Source: the human T2T-CHM13v2.0 reference genome, Homo sapiens. From it: a stretch of 64,000 nt of DNA. Both the position numbers and the translations under genes were made by a program. Positions 1 through 14,153 of the stretch are shown in pieces. The stretch lies in the NCBI RefSeq assembly GCF_009914755.1, contig NC_060925.1. One strand, given 5' to 3'. The notes beneath the pieces were generated by a model, which was not told where the DNA came from, did no database searches, and worked only from the letters and a program-made list of their open reading frames with translations. The stretch's first letter is position 1; the number at the start of each line of letters is the position of its first letter.

Positions 1-512
1 AAATACTATTGGCACTGAGACAAAAAATATTTCATTTAGCAAGAACACTGAGGTTTCCTTAAAGCCAGCAATGTTTCATAAACAACATAAAAAGACCCCC
101 TCATAAAGATCTGTGAGTAGACACATACAGTAACAAGATCAGTGGTACCCATTACAACCAAGGTTGTAGGTATATATCTGGATCAGCACATCCGAATCCA
201 GCCTCCGAGAGCCAATTGCTTCACAGAGACATCTTCCTTGAGGTGAAGCTTCCTCTAAATTCTATTGCAAATGTCAACATTCTTCTTCCATTTTCTCCTG
301 TACAGTGCCAAGTTCCTAGTGCAATGAGTTTGATGAAGTCAACACCCAATTGTGTCTAGTTTCCTTCTAAAGAAAATTAAATGTTAGGTTTTCTACTTTC
401 ATTTGAATAAGTTGATCTTAAATGGCAAAATGACCAAAGTTTTCTTTTTAAAAATTAGAAAATCCAATAGGCAATGTGATATAGCTTACTTTGTAAGTAT
501 TTGTTATATAAT

Positions 513-652
513 AGCTGGGCACAGTGGCTCATGCCTGTAACCCCAGCACTTTGAGGGGCCGAGGTGAGAGGATCACTTGAGACCAGGAGTTCAAGACAAG
601 TCTGGGCAACATAGCAAGATACCATCTCTACAAAAAAAATTAAAAATTAAAA
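513..652 (+). mobile_element. Alu left monomer (FLAM-like)
   Basis: gctgggcacagtggctcatgcctgtaa... ending in an A-rich tail; similar aagtattt flanks. Confidence 0.85.
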
Positions 653-727
653 AAGTATTTATTGTAATAATGCCCATTTTCCATGTGTTGTAATAATGCC
701 TATAATGAGTCCTGATGAAACACATGA

Positions 728-1035
<308 letters not shown>

Positions 1036-2214
1036 TCCTGTATTTTGCTTAAGGAAAGTTCTTCCTATCAATACCACAACAACTCCTCAAGGTAGTGAAG
1101 TTCAAGAAACTGGAAGTTAATATGTCAGTAGAGGCTGGAAGAAAGTCTGAAAAAGCTAAGCTTGTTAGCCACGGAGAGGCAACATGGTGCAGAGGAAAGA
1201 GCACAGACATAAGAGTTAGACATATGAGTGCTGGACAGTTCCTCCTAGGTGGCCTTGGGCATATTTGTCTCAACCCACGTGAGTCTCTTAATAGTATATA
1301 GCTAAAGACTTCTCAGACATTAAAATTCTATGCCTATAAGAAAGAAATCCAGAAGATTACATGTTTTCTTTTGCTCTTCTCTGACTTTAGTATGGTCATA
1401 AGGGGCAACAAAAAAATAAATTCCTTTGTTAAGAATACACAAGTTTGTCTTTTGGTGATTAATTCCCTAATCTCTTTCTCAACTCAGGAGCTGCTTCACT
1501 AGACTCACTGCATATTGCGATCCCTTTCCGTTCAGGTCCAGGATTATTCTGAAAATGGAAATGTTTTTCTCTTACTGCTAGGCATCAAGTGTTCAGATCA
1601 AGCCTGGGAGGCTAAACAAATTTCTGAATTGTCAAAACTTTAAACTTCCTGTCACTACCCATCTGTGAATCAGAAATTCCACCAAGAGAATACCTACTTT
1701 CTTAGACAAAGAAGGCTGAGGGCTGAGTGGTGCATTGTGCCTCTTGTTGAGTTCATATTTTGATCCCAGTAAGTGTAGCCAATACTCACAAATTCGGTAA
1801 GAAAAAAAGACTGAAAAACATCTGTAGGGTAATAGCATTAGTCCTCTGTGCTTACCATCCTCTCCAGATACTGAGAAAAAAATCATACTTTAGTTCTGGC
1901 AATAGTGCAGTAAAAGAGAAGAAAATCTAATGATAGAAGTCCTCATCCTCATGTCGTGGTATAATGGACATTGGAGACCCAGAAGCAGGGAGAGGACCAG
2001 GCGCAATGGTTCATGCCTGTAATGCCAGCACTGTGGGAGGCCAAGGGAGTGAATCACTTGAGCTCAGGAGTTCCAAACCAGCCTGGGCAACATAGCGAGA
2101 GGCCTCCTCTCTATTATTATTATTATTATTATTATTAGAAGAAGAAGAAGAGAAGAGAAGCTGGGAAGGTGAGAGATAGGTGAGGGATTAAAAAAAAAAA
2201 AACACCTATTGGGT

Positions 2215-2510
2215 GAGGGCTGGTGGCTCATACCTGGAATCCCAGCACTGTGGAAGCCGAGGTGGGCAGATCGCTTGAGCCCAGGAGTTCAGGACCAGCC
2301 TGGACAATATGGCAAAACTCTGTCTCCACAAAAAATATGAAGACATTAGCCAGGCATGGTGGCATGCACCTGTAGTCCCAGCTACTGGGGGGCTGAGGTG
2401 GGAAGATGACTTGAGCTTTGGAGGCGGAGGTTGCAGTAAGCCAAGATCACACTACTGCACTCCAGCCTGGGTGACAATGTGAGACCCTGTCTCAAAAAAA
2501 AAAAAAAAAA
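2215..2510 (+). mobile_element. Alu (J-like)
   Basis: Dimeric Alu with A tail. Confidence 0.88.
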
Positions 2511-2561
2511 AGAGAGAGAGAAAGAAAAAGAAAGAAAGAAAGAGAGAGAGAGAGAAAGAAA

Positions 2562-2617
<56 letters not shown>

Positions 2618-2665
2618 GAAAGAAAGAAAGAAGAAAAGAAAAGAAAAGAAAAAAGAAAAGAAAGG
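2494..2665 (+). repeat. Purine-only (A)n/(GA)n/(GAAA)n microsatellite grown from the Alu tail
   Basis: About 170 nt consisting only of A and G. Confidence 0.95.
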
Positions 2666-2963
2666 TCACTTGTTGGGTACAATGTACACTATTGGGTTGA
2701 CATTAAAAGCCCAAACTTCACCACTATATAATTCATCAGTGTAACCAAAAATTACTTGTACCCCTAAAGCTACTGAAAAATAAAATGAAATAAAAATTCT
2801 CATGTCACAATATTTAGGATACAAGTAGTATATATACCACAATTATGATCCATGTTATATTTAAATATAAATAAATGTAAGGTTCTTTCTCCATAAGCAA
2901 CTTTTTCAAAATTCTTACAATGAAAATTTATTATTTTATTGTTAAAAAAAAAAAAAACAATAA

Positions 2964-3248
2964 AGGCCGGGAACCATGGCTCACACCTGTAATCCCAGCA
3001 CTTCAGGAGGCTGAGGCAGGTGAATCACTTGAGGCCAGGAGTTCAAGACCAGCCTGGCCAACATAGCAAAACTCTGTCTCTACTGAAAATACAAAAAAAT
3101 TAGCCAAGCATGATGGCACACACCTGTAATCCCAGCTACTCAGGGTCTGAGGCAGGAGAATCACTTGAATCCAGGAGGCAGAGGTTGCAGTGAGCCAAGA
3201 TTGTGCCACTGCACTCCAGCCTGGGCAACAGAGTGAGAAAAAAAAAAG
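2964..3248 (+). mobile_element. AluS-type element
   Basis: ggccgggaaccatggctcac... dimer. Confidence 0.9.
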
Positions 3249-3970
3249 AATTATCTTAGTTTGTCTCAAGCTCATCCATGGTTGGGCTCTGTGTCCTCAC
3301 CTAGAATAGTGTCTGGCATATAAAAGGTACCCAACAATTTTTTTTTATTGAAAGATATTAACAAGTACATAAGACGATTTCATATCCCAGTAATGCTATG
3401 AAGATTCCTTATAATAACTATGGTTCTCAACACTTGCCTGAACTAAATATTTCCTACAAGGGGAGTCTGGATAATAATTTGGAGATATGAATTTGTATTT
3501 TGCTCTCTAACCCCTCCCTCCTTTTCAGTTTTAAGTAGATAACTAGGCCTTTGTATTTCCCTGACCTTGTGACTTGTGCAGAGTTGTAAATGAGCTGTCC
3601 GAAATCTGGTACTCTTCAAGTTTTTGTAAAATCATGAACTCACTCTAAGAGATTATGTGTTTGAGGGGTGTTGGAAGAGAGAATGCCTTTAAGAGTAACA
3701 AAGGAGAGGAGAGAAATTTCCTGTGGACTGATAACAGGGAGAGGGGGGTTATTCCAAGGCTGCAGCACAGGGAGGCCATGAATGTGTGGAAAAGGGTCAC
3801 CCCCAAGTCATCACACCATCTTTCTTAGGTGAGACGGCCTGGCCCATAGGCTGCCATAGGATTTCGTAGTTGCTTCATGACCTCATATCTCCCAAAGAAA
3901 GACGTTCAACTGTATCTGAATTTTGACTACGTTCCACTAATTGATGATATGAACTCCATCATTATTGCAT

Positions 3971-4398
3971 TGTATTAGTCAGGGTTCTCTAGAGGGACAG
4001 AACTAATGGAATAGGTATATACATATAAAGGGGAGTTTACTAAGTATTAACTCACATGATCACAAGGTCTCAGGCTGAGGAGCAAGGAGAGCCAGTCTGA
4101 GTTCCAAAACTGAAGCACTTGGAGTCTGATATTCCAGGGCAGGAAGCATCCAGAACAGGAGATAATGTAGGCTGGGAGGCTAGGTCTGTCTCTCTTTTCA
4201 CATTTTTCTGCCTGCTTATATTCTAGCCATGCTGGCAGCTGATTAGATGGTGCCTACCCACATTAAGGATAAGTCTGTCTTTCCCAGTCCACTGACTCAA
4301 ATGTTAATCTCCTTTGGCAACACCCTCACAGACACACCCAGGATCAATACTTTGTATCCTTCAATCCAATCAAGTTGACACTCAGTATTACCATCACA
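3971..4398 (-). mobile_element. MLT2A (HERV-L) solo LTR, probably MLT2A2
   Basis: TG...CA termini. Minus strand begins TGTGATGGTAATACTGAGTGTCAACTTGATTGGATTG and ends GAGAACCCTGACTAATACA. Perfect 5-bp TSD TGCAT (3966-3970 / 4399-4403). Confidence 0.88.
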
Positions 4399-5623
4399 TG
4401 CATCTCCCAGTTTCCATAAATCACCACTTGAAGCCTCCTAGGTCATCCATTTTCACCTAGACACTTGTCCTATGCTGCTTGGAAAAATCTCTAATGTGAT
4501 CCAATATCTCTACTCCCTGTCCTTGCAAACCCATCTACTATTCCCTTCATCAACCAAAATCTTCCATCAGCAAATTCCCAACCTCTTCTTTCAGAAATCC
4601 TTTCACATCCTTGTTCAACTGGAACTTGGCTGGCCTTAGAGCTCTTTCACAGGTAGGCTGTTTTTCCTTTTACTGCCACACCTAAGGTAGATGAACTATC
4701 CTTCACGTTTCTCTTTGCCAATCTTCTCCTCTTTGAAAACCAAGGCTTCTCTGAAGTGTCTGATCCATATTTGTCTTATAGTATCATCCTTCAGTCTCAG
4801 CACCTATTCATTAGGAATACTAGCACCTGTTGTCCACTTCGAAGACCTCAGCATTCACGTAGACCTATGGTTCTCACCCTCACTGTACATTAGAATAAGC
4901 TGCTTTTTTTTTTTAATACGACTGCTAATACTCTATCCCCAGAGATTTAGATTTGGTTATTCATGAATAGGACTTGACTCTCAGTAGGAAGCAGATCTTC
5001 TCGCCAACCCACCCCTAGTCTGTCCCATAGAAGCACTCTAATTTCCCTGCCCAGAGGTATTCAGGGAGAATAGACAATTGATTTTCAATTCACTGCCTAA
5101 TAGAAGCAGGCAGTGCTTTGATGCTTTGATTCCCCTGCCAGGTGATGTAAAAGGCTGAATGGGGAGAAGTCTTCCATGCCCTGCTCTGCCATATGGTGCT
5201 CTGATTCCCTCACCAAGATAGTGTCAGTAGAGCCCAGCAAATAGCTGAGCCTCCACCCCACCTGGCAGCAAAAAGGCCTAGTGTCACTGGGGCCTTGCAC
5301 AACAAAGCTTGTGTCAGATCACCACGTCTTTCCTCCTTGGAGTCAGTATGGTCCAACAGGAAGCTGAGCTTACCCCCCTACTCGGAAGCATTTGGTGGTA
5401 TGAGTCAGTGTTCTAATTGCTGGGGTGGTATTAGTAAAGTCCAGTGGGAAAATGAGCACACACAGCTACTTGGCTCTTATGTTATACCTTAACAGGGGGA
5501 CTGTCTGCTAAGAAAAGAAAATTAAACAGATCCAGAATCTCATAATATAACATCTAGAATTTTTAATAGGGTCTAGAGTCATAATATCATATCTAAGCAG
5601 TCCGAAATACAATTTAGAAAATC

Positions 5624-5920
5624 ACCTGGCTCGGTGCAGTGGCTCACACCTGTAATCCTAGCACTTTGGGAGGCTGAGGCAGGAAGATAGCTTGAGCTCA
5701 GGAGTTCGAGACCAGCCTGGGCAACATAGTGAGACCTTGTCTCTGCAGAAAAAAATTTAAAATTAGCCAAATGTCGTGGTATGCGCCTGTGGTCCCAGCT
5801 ACTCGGGAGGCTGACGTGGGAGGATCACTTGAGCCTAGGAGCTTGATACTGCAGGTGAGCTATGATTGTACCACTGCACTCCAGCCTGAGCAACAGTGTG
5901 AGACCCTGTCTCAAAAAAAA
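5624..5920 (+). mobile_element. Alu (J-like)
   Basis: Dimeric Alu. Confidence 0.88.
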
Positions 5921-5940
5921 ATTTTTTTTTAATTACTTAT

Positions 5941-6315
5941 TGTCTTAGTCTGTTTTGTTCTGTTTAACAGAATACCTGAGACTGGGTGATTTATAATAAA
6001 CAGAAATTTATTGGCTCACAGTTTTGGAGACTGGGAAGTCCAAGATTCAGGGGCTGGCATTTGGCAAGGGTCTTCTTGCTGTGTCATCACATAGCAGAAG
6101 GCAAGAGGGCAAGAAACGGTGACAGAGAGAGCAAGAGAGAACTAAACTTGTCCTTTTATAAGGATCCCACGCCCATGATAATGGCATTAATCCATTCATG
6201 AGGGCAGTTTCCTCATGACTTAAAAAACCTCCCATCAGGCCCCATCTCCCAACACTGCCACATGGAGGATCAAGTTTCCAACACATGAACTTTGGCGGAC
6301 ACATTCAAACCATAA
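5941..6315 (-). mobile_element. MST-family MaLR LTR
   Basis: tgtcttagtc...ggctcacagttttggag...gacacattcaaaccata. Confidence 0.8.
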
Positions 6316-7692
6316 AACTTGTCATAGTAAAAATCAGTGAAATCACAATTTGAATGGAAAGAGGCAGTCCATAGACTCCAACACCGAAAATCAGATGTTG
6401 GATTATCTGATAAAAAATTTTAAAAGAGGCATTATAAAAATGCTTAAACAAGTATTTATGATTTTTTGAAACAAATGAAAAAATAGAAAAATCTCAGCAA
6501 AGAAATAGAAGTTATAGAGAGAGAAAAAAAAATGAAAATTATAGAAGTAGAAAATACAATAGCCAAATAAAATGCAAGAAATTGCCTGGATGGGTTCAAT
6601 AATAGAGTAGAAGTGACAGAAGATGAATCATTGAACTTCATGATAGATCAATAGAATTTAGTCAATCTGAATAATGGAGAGAAAAACAGACAAGATCTGA
6701 AGAAAAATAACAAAAGAGCTAACACATATATCATCAGAGTCTCAGAAAAAAAGGAGAGAAAGGGAAGGAGATTGAAAAAATAATTCAAGAAAATAATGGC
6801 TGAAAACTTTCTAAATGTGGTGAAAGATTTAAATCTACAGATTCAAGAAGCTGAGCAAACCCTAATTAGGATAAATCTGTAGGAATCAACTCCAAGAGAC
6901 ATCATAGTTAAATTCGAAAAACTAAAGACCAAAATTTTATTTAATCTTAAAATCAGCCAGAGAGAAAAGACTCATTCTATATAGAGGAACATCAATTCAA
7001 ACAACAGCAAGTGTCTCATTTCAAACCATCAAGGCCAAAAGGTAGTGGCACAATACTTTTCAATAACTGAAGAAAAAGAACTGTCAGCTGCAAATTCTGT
7101 ATCTGATGAAAACATCCTTTAGAAATGAAGGGAGAATAAAGACATTTTCAGAAGAATAAAAAATCAGAGAAATTGTTTCTAGCAAGTCCTCCTTTAAAGA
7201 ATGGCTGGAGGAAGTTCCCTAAACAGAAAGAAAATGGTAACACAAGAAAGCTTGAAATTTTAGAAAGGGAAGAACACTGGAATGGCTAAAATAGGAGTAA
7301 ATATAATAGACTATGCTCAGGAATTTCTTAAATCATATTTTATGGTTGAAGTACAATGAGTATAAAGGAAATACTTAAGACAATTATACTTAAAAAGTGT
7401 GGCAGGTAAAGAAACCTAAATGGAAGTAAGGTTTCTACATTTCACTCCAAGTGGTAAAGCTTCAGTATCAGTAGACAGGGAAGTTATGTATGTCCATTAT
7501 AATACCTTGAGCAAGCACCAAGAAAACTATGTAATATGATATATCCAAAGTACTATAAACAAGTCAGAAAGGAATCCTAAAAAATTTTAAAGTAAGCCAC
7601 AGAAAGGTAAGAAAAGAGAAACAGAAAGAAATAAGAAACAGAGAAAACAAATAATGAAATGGCAAATTTACATCTTTGCATATCAATAGTTA

Positions 7693-7990
7693 CTTTATTT
7701 ATTTCTTTGAGACAGGGTCTCACTCTGTAGCCCAAGCTGGAGTGCAATGGTATGATCATAGCTCACTGCAACTTTGAATTCCTATGCTCAAGCAATCTTC
7801 CTGCTTCAGCCTCTCGAGTAGCCAGGAATACAGGCATGTGCCTCAATGCCTGGCTAATTTTTAAATTTTTTGTAGAGATGGGGTCTCACCATGTTGCCCA
7901 GACTGGGCTCAAACGTCTGACCGCAAGTGATCCTCCCACTTTGGCCTCCCAAAGTGCTGGGATTACAGGCATAAGCCACCGCATCCAGCC
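7693..7990 (-). mobile_element. Alu (J-like) inserted in L1
   Basis: TSD caatagttactt on both sides. Confidence 0.9.
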
Positions 7991-8334
7991 AATAGTTACT
8001 TTAAATACAAATGGTCTAAATAAACCTATTTCAAAAACAGAGATTGACAGAGTAGGTTTAAAAACGTGATTCAATAATACGCTGGCTACAAAAAATCTCA
8101 CTGCAAATACTTCATAGGTAGGTTGAAAATAAAAGGAAGGGAAAAGGTATACCATGTAAATATTTTTGAAAAAACCCAAAGGGGCTCTATTAATATCAGG
8201 TAAAGTAGACTTCAGAGCAAAGAAAATCACTAGGAATAAAGAAAAGTATTATGTAACAATAAAATAATTAATTCATCTGGAAGATATAACAATCTTAAAT
8301 GTGTCTACACCAATAGAGACTCAAAATAAATAAA

Positions 8335-8703
<369 letters not shown>

Positions 8704-9505
8704 TCACTTACTATTTCTGACCCAAAATATATCCTCATCTGTAAAATGAGGATATTAAGAACCTATGTATATTTCCTGGTATATAGTAAGTACTCAGTAA
8801 ATGGAGCACTGACAATCTTAGCTTCTGATGGCTATTGAGAAGTGTTACAAAATGGTATAGCCCACCTGATCTGCTTTACTCAAGAAAAGCCTCTCCTCTC
8901 ACCATTGCAGCAGCTAATGATTGGGGCTGCAGCTCATCAGAAAACTCAGGGCTGCTCTAGCCAAGAGCTTCGTGGGACTCCACAAAGTTGAGTTTCGGGT
9001 TCCTGGCCTAGCCAAGCAAAAACAGGGATCTATATACTCGTAAGGAGATACAGGCACCCAGCAGGCTGCCAGGTTTAGCAGTGTAGTCTCTGATCATGAC
9101 AATGTGGACTTCAGAGAGTATCGTGTCTGCGAAATAAGGCCACCTACCACTCATAAGCTTCTGAGATAGATGAGGTCATCCCCCTTTTACAGGAGAAGAA
9201 ACAGAGATTCAGAGAGATTCAAAGAATTATGCAATTCATGTAAAGGTACTGAAAGCCTGATCTAACTCTAGGTCTGAGTTTTTGATGAAACCATAGGGAT
9301 TGACAAAAAGAGAGGAGCTGGACATTAGATGTTGTGCTTACTTCAGGACATCTGGCAAAGCCTGGAGCCATTCATTTTATTCAATACATGACTACTGAGC
9401 ACCACCTCATCCCCCAAGAAAAGCTAGGCAACTATTTATAGGTGTTCCATATCAAGAGGCTTTTCTTTGCACATCTTGTTCATTATATTGTTGGAAACTG
9501 AAGTT

Positions 9506-9807
9506 GTTGTTGTTTTTTTTTTTTGAGACAGAGTCTCCCTCTGTTTCCCAGCCTGGAGTGCAGTGGTGCCATCTCGGCTCGCTGCAAGCTCCGCCTCCCG
9601 GGTTCACGCCGTTCTCCTGCCTCAGCCTCCTGAGCAGCTGGGACTACAGGCGCCCGCCACCACGCCCGGCTAATTTTTTTTGTATTTTTAGTAGAGACGG
9701 GGTTTCACCGTGTTAGTCAGGATGGTCTCTATCTCCTGACCTCTTGATCCGCCCGCCTCGGCCTCCCAAAGTGCTGGGATTACAGGCGTGAGCCACCGCG
9801 CCCGGCC
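9506..9807 (-). mobile_element. AluY (young, CpG-rich)
   Basis: AluY-diagnostic 'gcaagctccgcctcccgggttcacgcc'; many intact CpGs; TSD ggaaactgaagtt. Confidence 0.9.
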
Positions 9808-10259
9808 GGAAACTGAAGTTTTTATTTATTGTTTAGCCCTTCCACCATAACTTTCTTTCCCATTATTCTACCAGACACTTGACAAATTTCCTAATAATCT
9901 TCACTTAAAAAAAAATCTCATGGACACACCCTTATCCTCGCCTAGCTTGGCCTCACAATAGCATTTAACAAAATCTCTGCTTCCTTTTGAAACGTGAAGT
10001 TCTCTGGCTTTCCTCATTTCATGATTCTTTCTGCTCTTGATATACATTTGTATATGTTGTCTCCTCTACTTCTAAATATTGGAGTTCCTGCCAACTGGAT
10101 TTTGGCTTCTTTTTCTTCTTCTTCCTATAAAACCTCATCCATTTTCTCGGCTTTAAAAACCACCAATATGGTGCTGTTAACATTTATACCTATTGTCTCT
10201 AGCCCTGGTCTCTCCCTTGGAATCCAATTACTTAATCAATATCTTTACTTAGATGTTTC

Positions 10260-10597
10260 TATAGACTATATATTTATGTCCCTCCTAAATTCACATGTGG
10301 AAATCCTAACTCTCAATGTGATGGTATTTGGAGGTGGGGCCGTTGGTAGGCAGAGCCCTTATGAATGGGATAAGTGCCCTTATAAAAGAGCCCCCAGAGA
10401 GCTCCCTCACCCCTTGTGTTATGTGAGGACACAGCAAGAAGAAAGCTGTCTATAAGCTAGGAATTGAGCCCTCTCCAGATACCTTGATCTTAGACTTCTC
10501 AGCATTCAGAATCATGGGAAAAAGGAAAAATTTCTGTTGTTTATAAGCCGCCTAGTCTGTGGCATTCTGTTGTAGTAGCCCAAGCAGACTAAAACAG
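10260..10597 (+). mobile_element. MLT1A-type MaLR LTR
   Basis: gtccctcctaaattcacatgtggaaatcctaac...gcccaagcagactaaaaca. Confidence 0.75.
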
Positions 10598-11262
10598 ATG
10601 TCAAGACCTTAAACCTAACAAGTCAGACTCTTTTGCTTTTCCTCATAAAAGCTGTTCTTCTCTGGCCTTTCTCATACTAGCAAATGCGCCATCGTCTACC
10701 TAGCTGTAAAGTCAAAAACCTATGTGTCATTTTTAATTCTTTCCTTCTCGTATTCAACCCATCAACAACAGTTTGTGTCAGGTTTCCACATCTAAAACAT
10801 ACCCTAAGTGTGTCCACTTTTATTTATCTCTGCCCTAGTCTAAGCCCTCATGGTCTTCCACATTAGGCTTCCACAATGGCCTAACTGGTCTGTGTGTTTA
10901 CACTCTGACCCCCACATTCTCCAACAAAACTAAAGGAGCCTTTCAGAAATGAGTTCTGTCCTGTCATGACCCTGTGTAAAATAGTACCATGGCTCCCTAG
11001 GTCTCTTGGGGCAAAGTTGAATGTCCTTCTCATGGCCCTCAAGAGCACACTTGCCCTGGACTCTTCTCTCCCCTCCCCCATCAATGTGCACCCCACCTCC
11101 CCGCTCACTATTCCTTACTTACACTGTCTTTTCCTCCTCAAAGGGGCTCATTGCATTTTCCTGGAAAATTCTGTCCTAGATTTTCACATGCCATTTCAGT
11201 CACACCACTCCTATATCAGCTCAAATGTCACATCCTGAGAGCATCTCTGACCTCCAACTAGA

Positions 11263-11591
11263 GCAAGAGTCCCCAACCCCAGAGTAACGGACCACTACTG
11301 GTCCATGGCCTGTTAGGAACTGGGCCGCACAGCAGGAGGTGAGTGATGGATGAGTGAGCATTACCGCCTGAGCTCCAGCTCCTGTCAGATCAGCTGCAGC
11401 ATCAGATTCACAGGAGCGGGACCCCTATTGTGAACTGCGCATGCGAGGGATCTAGGATTCTCCTTATGAGAATCTAACTAATGCCTGATGATCTGAGGTG
11501 GATCAGTTTCATCCTGAAACCATCCCTTACCAGTGGAAAAATTGTCTTCCATGAAACCACTTTCTGGTGCCAAAAAGGTTGGGGACCACTG
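11263..11591. mobile_element. MER1B hAT-Charlie MITE
   Basis: Terminal inverted repeats gtccccaacc / ggttggggac; internal 'ggcctgttaggaactgggccgcacagcaggaggtgag'. Confidence 0.85.
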
Positions 11592-11807
11592 ATCTAAAGT
11601 GTCCCACACCAGCCACCTTTCAGTCCCCAAACCATTCTCTATTCTACTACTCTGTTTCATCTTCCTGATACTGCTTTCTTCAGCAATTTGTTCTATTTTT
11701 AAAATTTACAAGTTTATTGTTGTCTCACTCAAACAGAAGCAAAGCATCATAAGAACAAGGAATTGTCTGTCTTGCTAGAAATCCTCAGTGCCTAAAAAGA
11801 ACTTAGC

Positions 11808-12487
11808 ACTAGGCATATACCCGAAAGAAAGGAAATCAGTATATTGAAGAGATATCTGCATTGCTATGTTTATTGCAGCACTATTCACAATAGTCAAGAT
11901 TTGGAATCATCCTAAGTGTCCATCAACAGATAAATTGACAGAGAAAATTTGGTGCATACACGTAATTGATACTATTCAGCTGTAAAAAGAATGAGATCCT
12001 GTCATTTGCAACAATATGGATGGAACTGGAGGACATTATGTTAAGTGAAAGAATCCAGGTACAGAAAGACAAACTTCACATGTTCTCACTCATCTATGGG
12101 AGCTAAAAATTAATCATTTGAACTCATGGACATAGAGAGTAGAATTATGGTTACCAGAGGCTGTAAGGATTTGGGGTGGGAGAGAAATGGGGTTGGTTAA
12201 TGGGTACAAAAATACAGTTAGATACAATGAATAAGATCTAGCCTTTGATAGCACAACAGAGTGAGTACAGTTAGCAATAATTTGTTGGACATTTTAGAAT
12301 AACTGAAGGAGTACAATTGGAATGTTTGTACCACAAAGAAATGATGAATTCTTGAGGTGATGGAAACCCCATTTACTCTGATGTAATTATTACACATTGT
12401 ATGACTGTATCAAAAGAGCTTATGCACCCCATAAATATATACACCTACTGTGTACCCAAAAGAATAAAAAGTAAAAACTAAAATGAA
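11808..12487 (+). mobile_element. L1MA-type 3' end
   Basis: ORF2 C-terminus / 3' UTR; degenerate TSD agaacttagcac / agaacttggtac. Confidence 0.85.
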
Positions 12488-13359
12488 GAGAACTTGGTAC
12501 AAGGCTCATTGAATATTTTTCAAATGAGTGAATGGCATTTTGAGGAAGGCTGGACCCTGAGACTTCATCACTGGACAAACAATCACTGGTCCTGGATGAC
12601 ACGGCCACTCAACTTTAGAAGAATGGAATAAAAAGACTGCACTCTTGAGGCCTCTTTCAGTTGTGTCTCTGGTCTATTAGGGACACAGGTTGGGGTTAAC
12701 TGTCACAATGAAAGGAAGTGGTAGTTCCTCATACACAACTCAGGATGCACTTTCTACTGGCAGAAAGAAATGTCTGAAAGTCTGGCAGGATCAAAGTCAG
12801 AAATGCTGGGCAATCTTGTCATTGCTGACGAATACTGCCTAAGAGACAGTTAAGTCCCATAGCGAGGTGAGTTTTTAATGGAAGGGTTTTATGCAAGGTG
12901 GAATATGTCTCCTTGATGCATGATAGTACCAGTCTCACTAATACAGGCTCTGAGACCAGGAGTCCAAGAGTAATTTGTTCAAATGAAATAAAGCCTATTA
13001 GTCTTGCCAGTATTCACCTGCTCCATTGTTTAACACCAACCAGATGATGTAATCTGTCCCTTTCTTGTTTACAGGGAGGTTTCTAAAGAGGCAATCAAAC
13101 ATAGTACAAAGGGCTCAGTGTGGTTAGTAATAATGAGGCCTGGGTCTTAATTATATCACATGCAGTAGTTCAGTGCCAGAGGAAAGTAAAGATAAAGAAG
13201 AAAGATATCTTCTTTAAAAAAAAAAAAAAGTGTTCCAAAGGGCCTTTTTTTAAACACTGTCCTTAAAACTGAGTAAATTAAAACAAACCATAGTAAGCTG
13301 AATAATAGACCCAAAGATTCCCTGTCCTAATCCCTGGAACCTGTGAATGCTACCTTATA

Positions 13360-14153
13360 CAGATGGTCCCTGATTTACAGTGGTTCAATTTAGGATTTTT
13401 CTGCTTTATGATGGTGTGAAAGTGATATGCATTCAGTAGAAGCTGTACTTCAAGTACTCATATGCTGTGATTTGAATGTTTATCGCCTTGGAAACTCATG
13501 TTGAACCTTAATCCCCAATGTGGCAGTATTGAAAGGTGGGGCCTTTAAGAGGTGATTGGGCCATGAGGTCAGAGCTCTCATAAATAGATTAATCCACTTA
13601 CGAATTAATGGATTAATAGATTATTACTTTCATGGATTAATGGGTTTTCATGGGAATGGGACTGATAGCTTTCTAAGAGGAAGAGAAACCTGAGCTAGCC
13701 TCCTCAGCATGGGATGCCCTGTGTTGCTTTGGGACTCTGCAGAGAGTTCCCACCAGCATGAAGGCCATCACCATATATAACCCCTTGGCCGTGGACTTCT
13801 CAGCCTCCATAACTGTAATAAATAAATCTCATTTCTTGATAAATTAGTAAGTTTCAGATATTCTGTTATAAGCAACAGAAAATGGACTAGGACCCCATAG
13901 AACAATTTTGTTTTTCACTTTCAGCACAGTATTCAGTAATTTACATGAGATTATTCAACACTTAATTATAAAATAGGCTTTGGTTAGATAATTTTGCCTC
14001 ACTGTAAGCTAATGTAAGTGTTTTGAGTATGTTTAAGGTAGGCTAGGACAAGCTGTGATGTTTAAGTGTATTAGATATATTTTTGACTTACTATCTTTTC
14101 AACTTAGGGTGGGTTTTTGGGATATAACCTCATCATAAATTGAGAAGCATCTG
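13360..14153. mobile_element. MER47A (TcMar-Tigger MITE), split by an MST LTR
   Basis: CAGATG...CATCTG termini with TA target duplication (13358-59 / 14154-55). Confidence 0.8.
13463..13894 (+). mobile_element. MST (MSTD/MSTB-like) MaLR LTR
   Basis: tgctgtgatttgaatgtt...gttataagcaacagaaaatggactag. Confidence 0.8.

Larger units (their letters stand above)
1958..2800 (+). mobile_element. L1 3' end (L1PB/L1MA-like), interrupted by a FLAM (1996-2110), an Alu (2215-2510) and a microsatellite
   Basis: cctattgggt...acaatgtacact...gtaaccaaaaattacttgtacccc...aataaa, typical of an L1 3' UTR. Confidence 0.7.
9940..12535 (+). mobile_element. Fragmented L2 hosting MLT1A, MER1B and L1MA insertions
   Basis: Pyrimidine-rich L2-like text ending in 'gaatatttttcaaatgagtgaatg'. 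Confidence 0.6.

Noticed and set aside
2382-2700. K/E/R-rich and F/L/S-rich ORFs
   Set aside because: Translations of the (GAAA)n microsatellite.
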